Source: Alphaproteobacteria bacterium (lineage in GTDB: Bacteria; Pseudomonadota; Alphaproteobacteria; UBA828). From it: a DNA stretch of 64,000 bases. A program made the translations under genes and the position numbers. The stretch covers positions 1,280,001-1,344,000 of the forward strand of contig CBDCCI010000002.1 of NCBI GenBank assembly GCA_965214705.1, written 5' to 3'. Under the pieces are notes generated by a model. The model had not been told where the DNA came from, searched no databases, and was given only the letters and a program-made list of their open reading frames with translations. Positions 53,638-63,671 of this stretch are shown piece by piece. The stretch's first letter is position 1. Every line of letters begins with the position of its first letter.

Positions 53638-54393
53638 CTACCAGGCGGTCCAGCCGAGGTCGATCATGAGGTGGGCGCCGTGCACCGCATCGGCCTCCGA
53701 CGAGACGAGGTAGGCCACGGCGCCCGAGACATCGTCGGCCTCCATCCAGTATCGGCCCATCGGCGCGATGGCCTCCATCCGCTCCTCCCTGCCGGGCTGG
53801 GCGCGGATCGCGGCGTTCATGTCGGTTCTCGTGGCACCGGGTCCCACCGCGTTGACGTTGATCCCGTGCGGCCCGAGCTCCAGGCCGAGCGCCTTGGTCA
53901 GCAGCATCTGGCCGCCCTTCGACGCGCAATAAGCCGCGCCGGCGCTCGAGCCGACGATGCCGAGCGTGGACGTGATGTTGACGATCTTGCCCGCGCCCTT
54001 CGCCTTCATCACCGGCGCCACCGCCTTGGCCATGAAGAAGCTGCCCTTGAGGTTGATGTCGATCTGGGCGTCCCAGAGCGCCTCGGTGGTCTCCTCCATG
54101 GGCAGCGGGTGGTAGACGCCGGCGTTGTTGATGAGAATGTCGATGGTGCCGAAGGCGTCGGCCACTTCCGCCGCCAGCCGCTCGCAGTCGGCGACCTTGG
54201 AAACGTCCGCTTGGAACGGCGCGGCGCGGCCGCCGGCGTCGGCGATCTCCTGCACCACGGCCTCCGCCTTGTCGCGCGCCGTGTGCGCGACCACCGCGAT
54301 TTGGGCGCCGTCCGCGCCCAAGCGCCGCGCGATACTGGCGCCGATCCCGCGCGAGCCCCCGGTGACGATCGCGACCTTGCCCTCAAGCCTCAT
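53638..54393 (-). CDS. short-chain dehydrogenase/reductase
   Basis: TGGSRGIG, NNAG, YCASK. Confidence 0.95.
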   Translation of the reverse strand: MRLEGKVAIVTGGSRGIGASIARRLGADGAQIAVVAHTARDKAEAVVQEIADAGGRAAPFQADVSKVADCERLAAEVADAFGTIDILINNAGVYHPLPMEETTEALWDAQIDINLKGSFFMAKAVAPVMKAKGAGKIVNITSTLGIVGSSAGAAYCASKGGQMLLTKALGLELGPHGINVNAVGPGATRTDMNAAIRAQPGREERMEAIAPMGRYWMEADDVSGAVAYLVSSEADAVHGAHLMIDLGWTAW

Positions 54394-54478
54394 GCCCTGC
54401 CTCCGCTCGTTTGGGGCGGGCACGATAGCATGCGAAGCCGGCCCCGCTCCCCGTGCGGCGCGTCCCCCACGCGACTGA

Positions 54479-54943
54479 CTACTGCGCCTCCTCCATCTCC
54501 ATCCCGCCGTGATCCATGTGGCCGCCGTGGTCCTTCATCTCCCCGTGCTCGTGCCCGGATTCGCCGGAGGCCCGGCCGAAATCCAGCTTCTTGACCACGC
54601 GGTCCCGCGTCGGGCCGCTGACGTCGAGGGTGAGCGCCCACTCGCCCAGCATCTCCAGCTCCAGCGTGGCGGTGTAGTGACCGGGCATCGAGCCTGCCAC
54701 CGCCTTCACCGGCCGCACGTTGTGCGCCAGCGGCATCGACGGCATGTCGGCCTTGACCACGACCTCGGCGCCCGCCACGGGTTCGCCGCTCTTCTTGCCC
54801 TTGAGCATGATCATGCAGTCGTAGGTCAGCTTTTCCGCCGTCGCCGTGCAGTTCACGTCGGCAGCAACGCGCTCGCCCGCCAGGACGGAGCCGCCCGCGA
54901 TCAGCATCGCCGACAGAGTCAGACCTGCGATGAAGACACGCAT
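54479..54943 (-). CDS. exported YtkA/FixH-like protein with His/Met-rich tail
   Basis: Signal peptide, ADMPSMP.AH, PG.Y...L...M.GEW, HEHGEMKDHGGHMDH. Confidence 0.7.
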   Translation of the reverse strand: MRVFIAGLTLSAMLIAGGSVLAGERVAADVNCTATAEKLTYDCMIMLKGKKSGEPVAGAEVVVKADMPSMPLAHNVRPVKAVAGSMPGHYTATLELEMLGEWALTLDVSGPTRDRVVKKLDFGRASGESGHEHGEMKDHGGHMDHGGMEMEEAQ

Positions 54944-54946
54944 CGT

Positions 54947-55663
54947 TCATTCTCCCCTCGTTAGACCCAGATAGGCGCTGACCAGAAGCTCGTGTTCGGC
55001 GAGTTCGGCTGCCTTGCCGTCCAGTATGATACGCCCGCTTTCCAGCACGTAGCCCCGGTCCGCGATCGCGAGCGCCTGGCGCACGTTCTGCTCGACCAGC
55101 AGGATCGTGACGCCTGCGTCCCTGAGCCGGGGGATCAGGGCGAAGACGTCCAGCGCGGCGATCGGGGCGAGGCCGAGGGAGGGCTCGTCGAGTATCAGGA
55201 GCTTCGGCCGCGCCATCAGCCCGCGCGCCAGCGCCAGCATCTGGGCCTGGCCGCCGCTGAGCGCCGCGCCCGGCTCGTCGAGCCGCTCCCGCAACATGGG
55301 GAACGAATCCAGCACGCGCTCGATGTCCGCCTCGGTCTTGGCGCGGCCTCCCACGTTGTGGGCCCCCAGCCGCAGGTTCTGCGCGACGGTTAGCCCGCCG
55401 AAGATCAGACGACCCTCCGGCACCTGCACGATGCCGCGGCGCATGATCCGGTGCGGCGGCAGGCGGGTGATCGCCTGGCCGAGAAAACGAATCTGCCCGC
55501 CGGACGGCCGCTCGATGCCGCACACTGCATGCATGGTCGAGCTCTTGCCGGCGCCGTTGGCGCCGATCAGGGCGACGATCTCGCCCTCCGCGACCTCCAG
55601 CGACACGCCCTGGACGGCGCGCACCTTGCCGTAGCTCAGGTGCAGGTCGCGGATTTCAAGCAT
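54947..55663 (-). CDS. livF: HAAT ABC transporter ATPase (LivF-like), set 2
   Basis: GANGAGKS, VPEGR, LSGGQ, LDEPSLGLAP, VEQN. Confidence 0.9.
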   Translation of the reverse strand: MLEIRDLHLSYGKVRAVQGVSLEVAEGEIVALIGANGAGKSSTMHAVCGIERPSGGQIRFLGQAITRLPPHRIMRRGIVQVPEGRLIFGGLTVAQNLRLGAHNVGGRAKTEADIERVLDSFPMLRERLDEPGAALSGGQAQMLALARGLMARPKLLILDEPSLGLAPIAALDVFALIPRLRDAGVTILLVEQNVRQALAIADRGYVLESGRIILDGKAAELAEHELLVSAYLGLTRGE

Positions 55664-56411
55664 CGGCTGCGCCCTGCCCGAGATAGGCTTCGAGCACCTC
55701 GGGATGCTCCAGGACCCGGTCCGGTTCGCCGTCCGCAATCTTGCGGCCGAAATTGAGAACGCAGAGGCGCTGGCACAGCGTCGAGATCAGGTCGAGCTTG
55801 TGCTCGATGACGATGCAGGTGCGGCCAGGCACCGCGAAATCCCGGATGAGGGCCGCCATCTCCGCAGTCTCGGCCGGGGTCATGCCGCCCGCCGGCTCGT
55901 CGAGCAGCAGTAGCGCCGGAGAGCGGACGAGCGCCCGGGCGAGCTCGAGCCGGCGCTGATCGGGGAGCGGCAGGCTGCCGGCCAGCACGTTCCGCCGGTC
56001 CGCGAGGCCCACCGCGTCGAGCAGGCGATCGACCTCCGCCTTCCGCGCCCGCTCGGCCGAGGACCGGTTCGACAGCAGCGCCAGCGGCCCGACATCGGGC
56101 AGGCTGTGCTGCGCCACCCAGATGTTCTCGCGCACGCTCATGCGCTGGAAGATGCGGAGATTCTGGAAGGTTCGGGCGATACCTTGGCGAACGATCCGGG
56201 CCGGCGTGCTCCTGGTGATCTCCTCGTCGCGCAGGAGGACGCGGCCGGTATCGGCCTGGTGAACGCCGGTGATCACGTTGAACAGCGTCGTCTTGCCCGA
56301 GCCGTTGGGGCCGATGAGGCCCACCACCTCGCCGTCCGCGACCGCGAGATCGAGCGCCTCCAGGGCGGCGACGCCCCCGAAGGACCGGCTCAGGCCCTCA
56401 ACTCTCAGCAC
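55656..56411 (-). CDS. livG: HAAT ABC transporter ATPase (LivG-like), set 2
   Basis: GPNGSGKT, ARTFQN, LDEPAGG, IEH, AYLG. Confidence 0.9.
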   Translation of the reverse strand: MLRVEGLSRSFGGVAALEALDLAVADGEVVGLIGPNGSGKTTLFNVITGVHQADTGRVLLRDEEITRSTPARIVRQGIARTFQNLRIFQRMSVRENIWVAQHSLPDVGPLALLSNRSSAERARKAEVDRLLDAVGLADRRNVLAGSLPLPDQRRLELARALVRSPALLLLDEPAGGMTPAETAEMAALIRDFAVPGRTCIVIEHKLDLISTLCQRLCVLNFGRKIADGEPDRVLEHPEVLEAYLGQGAADA

Positions 56412-57309
56412 GGATCAACCCTCGCCAGCGCCCACGCAGCCAGTGCATGGCGGCTTCGTCCAGCAGACCGCGCGGGCGCACGATGAGCAGCACGGCGACC
56501 AGGCCGCCGAAGACGATCATGCGGTAGCCGGAAATCGCGCGGATCGATTCCAGCAGGCCGATATCGATGGCGACGCCGATCAGCGGCCCGAACGCCGTGC
56601 CCAGCCCGCCGATCAGGCCGTATGCCAGCGCGTGCACGCCCAGCATCACATTGAATATCTTGGGCTCGACATAGGTCGCGAGGTGCGCGTAGAGGGCGCC
56701 GCCGATGCCTGCGACGATGCCGGCCATGACGACGGCAAGGATCTTGTACTTGGTGACGTTGAGCCCCTGCATTTCCGTCAGCATCGGGTCCTCGCCGATC
56801 ATCCGGAAGATGGCGCCGAGGCGCGAGCGCTCGAGGATCAGGAAACCGATGAGCACCACCGCCAGCAGCCCGTAGATGATCAGCATGTACTCGAAGGCCG
56901 AGACGTTGCTGTCGTAGACGGCGCGAATGTCGCGGAAGCCGTCGGAGCCATCGGGGCCGACCAGCTCGCCGTCGATCTCCACCTGGTAGGTGAAGATCTC
57001 GAAGATCAGCCGCACCATCTCGGCGAAGGCGAGGGTTGCCACCGAGAAGTAGAGCCCCCTGAGCCGCACCGTCGGGATCGCCACCACCAGCGCCGCCGCC
57101 CCGGCCACCAGCGCGCCCCACAGCAGGCCGAGCCAGATCGGCCAGCCCCACATCGCGGTCGCGATACCGGAGCCGTAGGCGCTGACGGCGAAGAAGGCCT
57201 GCTGACCGAACGAGATTTCGCCGACCACGAGCAACAGATAGGCCGAGAGCGCGATGAACGAGATCATGCCAATGTTGGAGAGGATCGTGATGAGATAGAT
57301 GTCGTCCAT
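56398..57309 (-). CDS. livM: HAAT ABC permease (LivM-like), set 2
   Basis: GEISFGQ.AF, LRGLYF..ATLAF.E, GGLGT.FGP, RPRGL. Confidence 0.9.
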   Translation of the reverse strand: MDDIYLITILSNIGMISFIALSAYLLLVVGEISFGQQAFFAVSAYGSGIATAMWGWPIWLGLLWGALVAGAAALVVAIPTVRLRGLYFSVATLAFAEMVRLIFEIFTYQVEIDGELVGPDGSDGFRDIRAVYDSNVSAFEYMLIIYGLLAVVLIGFLILERSRLGAIFRMIGEDPMLTEMQGLNVTKYKILAVVMAGIVAGIGGALYAHLATYVEPKIFNVMLGVHALAYGLIGGLGTAFGPLIGVAIDIGLLESIRAISGYRMIVFGGLVAVLLIVRPRGLLDEAAMHWLRGRWRGLIRAES

Positions 57310-57312
57310 GGC

Positions 57313-58212
57313 TCAGACGCGCCGCGTCGCCGCCAGTTCGCGCTCGACGGCAAGCTGGCCCATGAGGCCGCCGGGCCGGAAAACCAGGAACAGGAAGAGC
57401 AGGAAGTAGGCGGAGAGGTCGCGGTACTCGGTGCCGAGATACCAGATGCTCTGGGCCTCGACGACGCCGAGCAGCAGCCCGCCGAGGATGGCGCCGGGGA
57501 TCGAGCCCATGCCGCCCAGCATCATGGCGATCAGACCCTTGAACGTCGCCCAGAGCCCGAAGAGCGGCGTGATCTGGCCGTCGGCGCTGACGATGAGATA
57601 GGCGGCGACGCCGCCGAAGGCGGACGCGATGGCGAAGGCCAGGAACATGACCGCGCCGACGTTGATGCCCATGAAGAGCGCCGCGCGCGGGTTCTCCGAG
57701 ACGGCGCGGAGCGCCAGGCCAAATCGCGTGTACTGCAGCAGCCAGTGGAGCAGCACGGTCATGACGGCCGCAACGGCGAACATCACGATGTTCTCCACCT
57801 TGAAGAAGAACGGGCCCAGGTCGATCGGATCGGCGGTGACCATGGGCGGGAAGAAGTAGGTCCGGTCGGGGAAGACCACGGTCACGATCTCTTCGAGCTG
57901 CATCCATATGACGAAGCTCGAGACCATCGATGCCACCGCCGCGCCCCTGCGAATGGCCCGGAAGCACAGGCGCTCGACATAGATTCCGACGATCACCGCG
58001 CCGACCACGGTGGCCGCGGCGATCGCCACGGCATTGGCCTTGAATTCGAGATAGACCAGCGTGCCGACGAACGCGCCGACCATGATCGACGGCCCGTAGG
58101 AGAGGTTGAGCCGGCGCATGACGCCGAAGATCAGGGTGAACCCTATGGCGAGCAGCGCATAGGACGAGCCCAGCATGATGCCGTCGAGGCAGTTCTGGAT
58201 GAAATCAACCAC
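57313..58212 (-). CDS. livH: HAAT ABC permease (LivH-like), set 2
   Basis: GS.YALLAIGFTLIFGV...N, TRFG.A.RA, GGMGSIPGA, FRPGG. Confidence 0.9.
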   Translation of the reverse strand: MVDFIQNCLDGIMLGSSYALLAIGFTLIFGVMRRLNLSYGPSIMVGAFVGTLVYLEFKANAVAIAAATVVGAVIVGIYVERLCFRAIRRGAAVASMVSSFVIWMQLEEIVTVVFPDRTYFFPPMVTADPIDLGPFFFKVENIVMFAVAAVMTVLLHWLLQYTRFGLALRAVSENPRAALFMGINVGAVMFLAFAIASAFGGVAAYLIVSADGQITPLFGLWATFKGLIAMMLGGMGSIPGAILGGLLLGVVEAQSIWYLGTEYRDLSAYFLLFLFLVFRPGGLMGQLAVERELAATRRV

Positions 58213-58254
58213 CGACCTGTTCCCGCGTCGCTGTCGGAGGGTCGGCCATCGACC

Positions 58255-59031
58255 TCAACCGCTCGGGAGCGTCGTCCTGTCAGGCCGGTCCTGATCCGGC
58301 GCAGGCTGATTGCGCTGCGGGCCCTTTCCCAGGTAGGCGCGCTGGATCACCTCGTGCTCAGAGAGCTGGCCGGGCTTGCCGCTGAATGTCACCTGCCCCT
58401 GCTCCAGCAGGAAGAAGTGATCGGCCACCTGCAGCGCCATGTGCGCATTCTGCTCGACCAGGAAGATCGTGGTGCCGTCCGCGTTGAGATCGCTGATGAT
58501 TCGGAAGATCTCCTCGACGACGAGCGGCGCGAGGCCGAGCGACGGCTCGTCCATCATCAACAGCTTGGGCCGCGCCATCAGCGCGCGGGCGACGGCCAGC
58601 ATCTGCTGCTCGCCACCGGAGAGTGTGCCCGCCATCTGCTTCGAGCGCTCCTGCAACCTGGGAAAACGCTCGAACACGTGGTCGATGTCCTGCTGCACCT
58701 GCGACTTGCGCTTGCCGAGCCTGAGATAAGCGCCGGCGACGAGGTTCTCGTGCACGTTCATGTCGGGGAAGACGAGTCGGTTCTCCGGCACCAGCGCGAT
58801 TCCCCGCCGCACGACCCCGCTCGGCGTCATGCCGGTAATGTTCCGGTCGAGGAAGCTGATGGTGCCCCGTCTCGGCTTCAGAATGCCGGCGATAGTCATC
58901 ATCAGCGTGGTCTTGCCGGCGCCGTTCGGGCCCAGCAGGCAGGTGATGCCGCCCTCCTCGACCGAGAGATCGACACCGCGCAGGGCTTCGATGTTGCCGT
59001 AGGCGGCCGCGATGCCGTCGATCTCAAGCAT
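58255..59031 (-). CDS. livF: HAAT ABC transporter ATPase (LivF-like), set 1
   Basis: GPNGAGKT, LSGGEQQM, MDEPSLGLAP, VEQN. Confidence 0.9.
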   Translation of the reverse strand: MLEIDGIAAAYGNIEALRGVDLSVEEGGITCLLGPNGAGKTTLMMTIAGILKPRRGTISFLDRNITGMTPSGVVRRGIALVPENRLVFPDMNVHENLVAGAYLRLGKRKSQVQQDIDHVFERFPRLQERSKQMAGTLSGGEQQMLAVARALMARPKLLMMDEPSLGLAPLVVEEIFRIISDLNADGTTIFLVEQNAHMALQVADHFFLLEQGQVTFSGKPGQLSEHEVIQRAYLGKGPQRNQPAPDQDRPDRTTLPSG

Positions 59032-59791
59032 GCGCCGTCTCCACGCCGCCGCCGAGGTAGGCCTGCTGCACCGCCGGGTCCTCCTGGATCGCGGCCGGCA
59101 GGCCTTCGGCGATCTTGCGCCCGAAGTTGAGCACCGCGATGCGGTCGGTCACGCCCATGACCAACTCCATGACGTGCTCGACCAGCACGATCGTCATGCC
59201 CGCCTGCTGAAGCGCCCGTAATCGCCCGTCGAGCGCGTGCACCTCCTCCAGGTTCATGCCGGCGGCGGGCTCGTCGAGCAGCAGGAGCCGGGGCTTGGTG
59301 GCGAGCGCGCGGGCCAGTTCGAGCCGGCGCTGCTCACCGAAGGCCAGGTTGGCGGCGAGCTCGTTCCGCTTGCCGGCCAGTCCGGCGAATTCGAGCTGCT
59401 CGTCCACCGCATCGCGCGCCGCGCCCGAGCCGAAGAACCATCGCTTCGCGAAATTTTCGCTGCGGCGGTCTTCCACCGAATTCTGCGCCACCCACAGGTT
59501 CTGCCAGACCGTGAGGTGACCGAACAGGCGGATGTTCTGGAACGTGCGCGCGACGCCCGCCGCCAGCACCCGGTGCGGTGCGGAGCCGGTGATATCGCGC
59601 CCCTCGAAGGCGACCCGTCCGGCGGTGACCGACACGACGCCGCAGATCAGGTTGACCGTGGTGCTCTTGCCCGAGCCGTTGGGGCCGATCAGGCCGAAGA
59701 TTTCGCCTTCTTCCACCGCGAGGTCGAGCTCGTCGACGGCATGGACTCCGCCAAAGTGCTTGGTGAGAGATGTGAGCTCCAATATCGGCAT
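59024..59791 (-). CDS. livG: HAAT ABC transporter ATPase (LivG-like), set 1
   Basis: GPNGSGKS, ARTFQNIRLF, LDEPAAG, VEH. Confidence 0.9.
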   Translation of the reverse strand: MPILELTSLTKHFGGVHAVDELDLAVEEGEIFGLIGPNGSGKSTTVNLICGVVSVTAGRVAFEGRDITGSAPHRVLAAGVARTFQNIRLFGHLTVWQNLWVAQNSVEDRRSENFAKRWFFGSGAARDAVDEQLEFAGLAGKRNELAANLAFGEQRRLELARALATKPRLLLLDEPAAGMNLEEVHALDGRLRALQQAGMTIVLVEHVMELVMGVTDRIAVLNFGRKIAEGLPAAIQEDPAVQQAYLGGGVETAHA

Positions 59792-59795
59792 CGCG

Positions 59796-60698
59796 CTAGT
59801 TACGGGTGTCGCGGGTGAACAGCCCGCGGACGAGTTTCACGGAGCGCTCGTCGATCAGCCCGCGCGGCTGGATGTTCATGGCGAGCACGATCAGCGCCCC
59901 GAACAGCAGGTTTCGCCAATCGCCCATGAAGCGCAGGCCCTCGACGAGAAATCCCTGGATGAAGATCACCGCCACGAGGGTGCCGAAGACATTGCGGAGC
60001 CCGCCCAGGATCGGATAGGCGATGGCGAAGGTCGCCAGCATGACGCCGAAGTTGAGGTGCTCGATGTGCGTCGTGTAGTGGGCGTAGATCGCGCCGCCGA
60101 TGCCGGCGATGAAGCCGCCTGCGGCAAACGCGCCGACCTTCACAGCCGTCAGGTTGATGCCGACGCTCTGCGCCGCCAGCTCGTCCTCGCCCACCGCCCT
60201 GAGCACGGTGCCGGCGCGTGAGCGGTCGGTCCACCACAGCGCCAGCATGACGAGGGCGACGATCACCCAGATGAAGATCGCGACATCCAGGGTGCTCCAG
60301 CCGTTCTCGGGGAAGAAGCGGATCTGCTTGAATCCCTCGCCGCCCTGCGGCCCGACGACGATGCCCTTCTTCTCGATTTGGTAGTCGAAATTGAACCAGA
60401 AGAGTCGGATGAATTCCCCAAAGGCGATCGTCGCAACCACCAGCATCAGGCCTTTGATCCTGAGTGCCGGGAACCCGACGATGCCGGCCACGATGCCGGC
60501 GAGTGTGGCTGAGACCAGAAGCGCCGGAATGATGTGCCAGCCCGCTAGCACTGTGAGCATCGCCGAAACATAGGCGCCGATGGAGAAGAACCCCGCCTGT
60601 GCCAACGTGACCTGGCCGGTCTGCAGAACGACGTAGGCGGAGAGCCCGAGAAGCGTGTGGACGCCGATGATCTGGAGGAGCCCGAAGAAGAAGTCCAT
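59796..60698 (-). CDS. livM: HAAT ABC permease (LivM-like), set 1
   Basis: GQVTLAQAGF, T.AFGE, G..LRAV.EDE.AA, PRGL. Confidence 0.9.
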   Translation of the reverse strand: MDFFFGLLQIIGVHTLLGLSAYVVLQTGQVTLAQAGFFSIGAYVSAMLTVLAGWHIIPALLVSATLAGIVAGIVGFPALRIKGLMLVVATIAFGEFIRLFWFNFDYQIEKKGIVVGPQGGEGFKQIRFFPENGWSTLDVAIFIWVIVALVMLALWWTDRSRAGTVLRAVGEDELAAQSVGINLTAVKVGAFAAGGFIAGIGGAIYAHYTTHIEHLNFGVMLATFAIAYPILGGLRNVFGTLVAVIFIQGFLVEGLRFMGDWRNLLFGALIVLAMNIQPRGLIDERSVKLVRGLFTRDTRN

Positions 60699-60713
60699 CG
60701 CCTTCTCCCCCGC

Positions 60714-61595
60714 TCAGTCGCGCGCCACCGAGCGCGAGAAGATGCCGCCGGGCCGAAACACCAGGAACACGAACAGCAGCAGCATCACGTACATGTCCCG
60801 TTCGGTGACTCCCCGGAACGCCAGGAAGAAGTTCTCGAAGGCGCCGACCGCAAGGCCGGCAATGATCGCCCCCGGGATGCTACCGAGGCCGCCGATCACG
60901 CAAACGATGAGTCCCTTGACCGTGATCGGCACGACCAGCAGGGGCGAGAGCACACCGACCGAGGCGCCGATCATGGCGCCCGCGAGCCCGCCCAGAAGGC
61001 CGGTAATGACGAAGGTGAGCGCGTTCGTGCGGTCCAGGCTGATGCCGGCGAGCTGGGCTGCGACCGGCTGCTGCGCCACCGCGCGGGTCGCGATGCCGAG
61101 GCGCGTGCGGTAGAGCATGAACATGAGCACGACCATGGCGATCAGCGAGAGCACGAAGATGAAGATCAGATCGCCGCGCAGGCCGAAATCGCCCCACTCG
61201 ATATAGATGTCCGCAAACAGCGCCGGGTAAGGCTGGGGCATTCCGTCGGTCGCGTGGACCACGATCTCGTCGATCAGGATCAACATGCCGACGGTCGCCA
61301 TCAGCGTCGCCAGGGGGCTCGCGAGCGGAATGAAGCGGAAGTTGGCGAGGTAGATCAGGAACGCGATCCCGCCCGAGGCGATCGCAGCGATGAGGAAGGT
61401 GACCAGGGCCGGCAGCGGCACATAAGCGGCCACGGCGATGCTGACATAGGCGCCGGCGATGGAAGCTGCGCCATAGGCCAGATTGATCTTGTGCATCACC
61501 CCGAAAATGAGGGTGAAACCGATACCGATGAGCGCGTAGATGGAACCGAACAGCAGGCCGTCGGTGATCGACTGAAAGAAGTCGAGCCAGTCCAC
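60714..61595 (-). CDS. livH: HAAT ABC permease (LivH-like), set 1
   Basis: GSIYALIGIGFTLIFGV..IN.A.G, GGLGSIPGA, FRPGG. Confidence 0.9.
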   Translation of the reverse strand: MDWLDFFQSITDGLLFGSIYALIGIGFTLIFGVMHKINLAYGAASIAGAYVSIAVAAYVPLPALVTFLIAAIASGGIAFLIYLANFRFIPLASPLATLMATVGMLILIDEIVVHATDGMPQPYPALFADIYIEWGDFGLRGDLIFIFVLSLIAMVVLMFMLYRTRLGIATRAVAQQPVAAQLAGISLDRTNALTFVITGLLGGLAGAMIGASVGVLSPLLVVPITVKGLIVCVIGGLGSIPGAIIAGLAVGAFENFFLAFRGVTERDMYVMLLLFVFLVFRPGGIFSRSVARD

Positions 61596-61626
61596 CCGAT
61601 CATCCCCCGCTCAAGAGGCGTCGGCG

Positions 61627-61672
61627 AAAACGGGACGGGTGTGCGCCTGAGTGTGTGGCGCACACCCGCCCG
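61627..61672 (-). terminator. intercistronic stem-loop after the SBP gene
   Basis: Stem CGGGTGTGCGCC/GGCGCACACCCG followed by T4 on the minus strand. Confidence 0.6.
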
Positions 61673-61679
61673 AAAACGC

Positions 61680-62891
61680 TTACTGCGACGGGTCGTGGAG
61701 GATGGCCCACTCGCCGGCTTGGGCGTGCACGTAGAGGTAAGGCTTGACCGCCTCGCCCTCGTCCGTGCGCTGGATCTTGCCGAGGAGCCCGTCGGTCTCC
61801 TTCAGGTTAGCCAGTCCGTCGCGGATCTTGCGCCTGTCGGCATCCACCGAATCGCCGTCGGCCGCGATCCCCTGGGCTTCCATGACCTCCTTGAGGATCA
61901 TCACGATTTCCCAGGCGGCAGCGCTGTGCAGGTCCGCGCTCCCTTCGTGCTTCGCCGCCGCGTCGGCCGCAGCCTTCGCGGCCTCGGTGACCGGCGCGAA
62001 GCTGGTCGGGATGATGATGCCTTCGGCCTGCTCGGCGCAGCCCTGCAGCGTCTCCATGCTCGACGAGCTGGTGAGCCCGACCAGCAGGCTCGGCTTGACC
62101 CGCTGGCGCTTCATCTCTTTCAGCACGCCGCAGGTGGTGAAGGGATGCGCCGAGATCGCCACGATGTCGGCCTTGGCCTTCTTCATCTGGCGCACCTGGG
62201 TGGTGAAGTTGGTGTCATTCAGGAGCCACTTGGACTCGCCGAGCACCTCATAGCCGGCCTCGGGCGAGCGCTCCTTCATCACCTTGTGCCAGGTGAAGCG
62301 GGAATGGGCGAAATCCTCCTCAACGCCGCCATAGACGGTCTTGAGGTCTGGATGCTCCGTGGCGATCCACTGGAACAGCGCCCTGTACATCTCGCTCTCG
62401 TTGGGAACGTTGCGGAACGCCCACTGGGAAATCTTCGCCAGCCCGCCCTTGATGGCGGTATCGGTGAAGACCGGGATTTGCAGCCCGGAATCGCCCTCGT
62501 CGCCGACCGTCTTCTGCAGAATGCCGAACAGCGGTTCGGCAACGTTCGAGCAGGTCGGGCCGATGGCGACAACCGCATCGCTGCCGGCGATGCGGCGGAG
62601 CACCGAAATGCCCTCTTCCGCGTTGCAGCGGTCGTCGTAGAACGAAAGCTCCATCATCGCCATGGAGCCGTCGGCCAGCTTGACGCCGCCTGCTGCATTC
62701 ACGGCCTCGATCGCGCCGCTCAACACCGCTTCCGTGTTGATGCCGAACGAGCGAACGACGCCGGACTTGGCGCCGAAGCCGGCGATCTGCACCGTCTTTT
62801 CTGCCGAGAACGCCTCGCTCTGCGCCCCGAAGCTCGCGCCCACGGCGAGCGCGGCAACGGCGCCGAGCCTGACTAGCTTGTTATCCAACAT
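61680..62891 (-). CDS. HAAT (LivK-like) periplasmic substrate-binding protein
   Basis: Signal peptide, INA.GG-like VNAAGGV, YDDRC, IGPTCS, FRN.P, DTNF..QV. Confidence 0.9.
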   Translation of the reverse strand: MLDNKLVRLGAVAALAVGASFGAQSEAFSAEKTVQIAGFGAKSGVVRSFGINTEAVLSGAIEAVNAAGGVKLADGSMAMMELSFYDDRCNAEEGISVLRRIAGSDAVVAIGPTCSNVAEPLFGILQKTVGDEGDSGLQIPVFTDTAIKGGLAKISQWAFRNVPNESEMYRALFQWIATEHPDLKTVYGGVEEDFAHSRFTWHKVMKERSPEAGYEVLGESKWLLNDTNFTTQVRQMKKAKADIVAISAHPFTTCGVLKEMKRQRVKPSLLVGLTSSSSMETLQGCAEQAEGIIIPTSFAPVTEAAKAAADAAAKHEGSADLHSAAAWEIVMILKEVMEAQGIAADGDSVDADRRKIRDGLANLKETDGLLGKIQRTDEGEAVKPYLYVHAQAGEWAILHDPSQ

Positions 62892-63135
62892 CTGCCTCTC
62901 CCTCCTTCGATGAAACTCGAGTCTGATCCGACCGACTCCGTGCGGTTCGGAGTTCACGCCTTGGACCGCCACGAACAATCGGTCCGCCGCAGCCGCCGTG
63001 CCACCAACTCAATCCTATACCCGCCTCGTTGTCGGAGTCAGCGAATACTTTCCGGGTGGCGTATTCTTTTCCGGCGACGGCCACTGAAATGGGGGTGAGG
63101 GCCCGACAGAACGCCCCGCGGCGCGTCGGCTGGGA

Positions 63136-63564
63136 CTAGGACTGGCGCATCCTCGACGGCATGCCTTCGTCGTGGGTGAGGTCCGGGTGCAGGAGACACC
63201 AGGGCTGCGCGCTCGCCACGTAGATTTCTCGGCTCGGCTCGTATGAGCTCGGGTCGTCCAGGCTTCCCGCGTAGAGAGCCCGAATCCCCGTGTGACTGTT
63301 GTTGGTCAGAAACAGCGGCGAGCCGCACGCGGGGCAGAATGCGCGGCCCATGAGATTTCCACTATCGGCGGTTCTTTCGAACCAGCTCGGCTCGCCGCTG
63401 AGCAGGGTGAACTCGCTCTCCTTCACCACCACCACCGGCATGTAGGCACCGCCGGTCGCCTGCTGGCAGTCACGGCAATGGCAATTGCCCATGTAGCGCG
63501 GGGCCCCCGCACACTCGTAACGAATGGCACCGCATGCGCAGCGGCCGCCGAAGGGAACATCCAT
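63136..63564 (-). CDS. GFA (glutathione-dependent formaldehyde-activating) family protein
   Basis: GRCACGAIRY, CHCRDCQ, FCPACGSPL. Confidence 0.9.
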   Translation of the reverse strand: MDVPFGGRCACGAIRYECAGAPRYMGNCHCRDCQQATGGAYMPVVVVKESEFTLLSGEPSWFERTADSGNLMGRAFCPACGSPLFLTNNSHTGIRALYAGSLDDPSSYEPSREIYVASAQPWCLLHPDLTHDEGMPSRMRQS

Positions 63565-63671
63565 GGCCGAGTCTCCTCGTACTCTGCTGCCGGACTATAA
63601 CCGCCCCAGAGCCGCATGGTAGAGAAGGCCGGGACTATGGCTTCAGACCGCAGGTCGAACCGGGAGAAACC

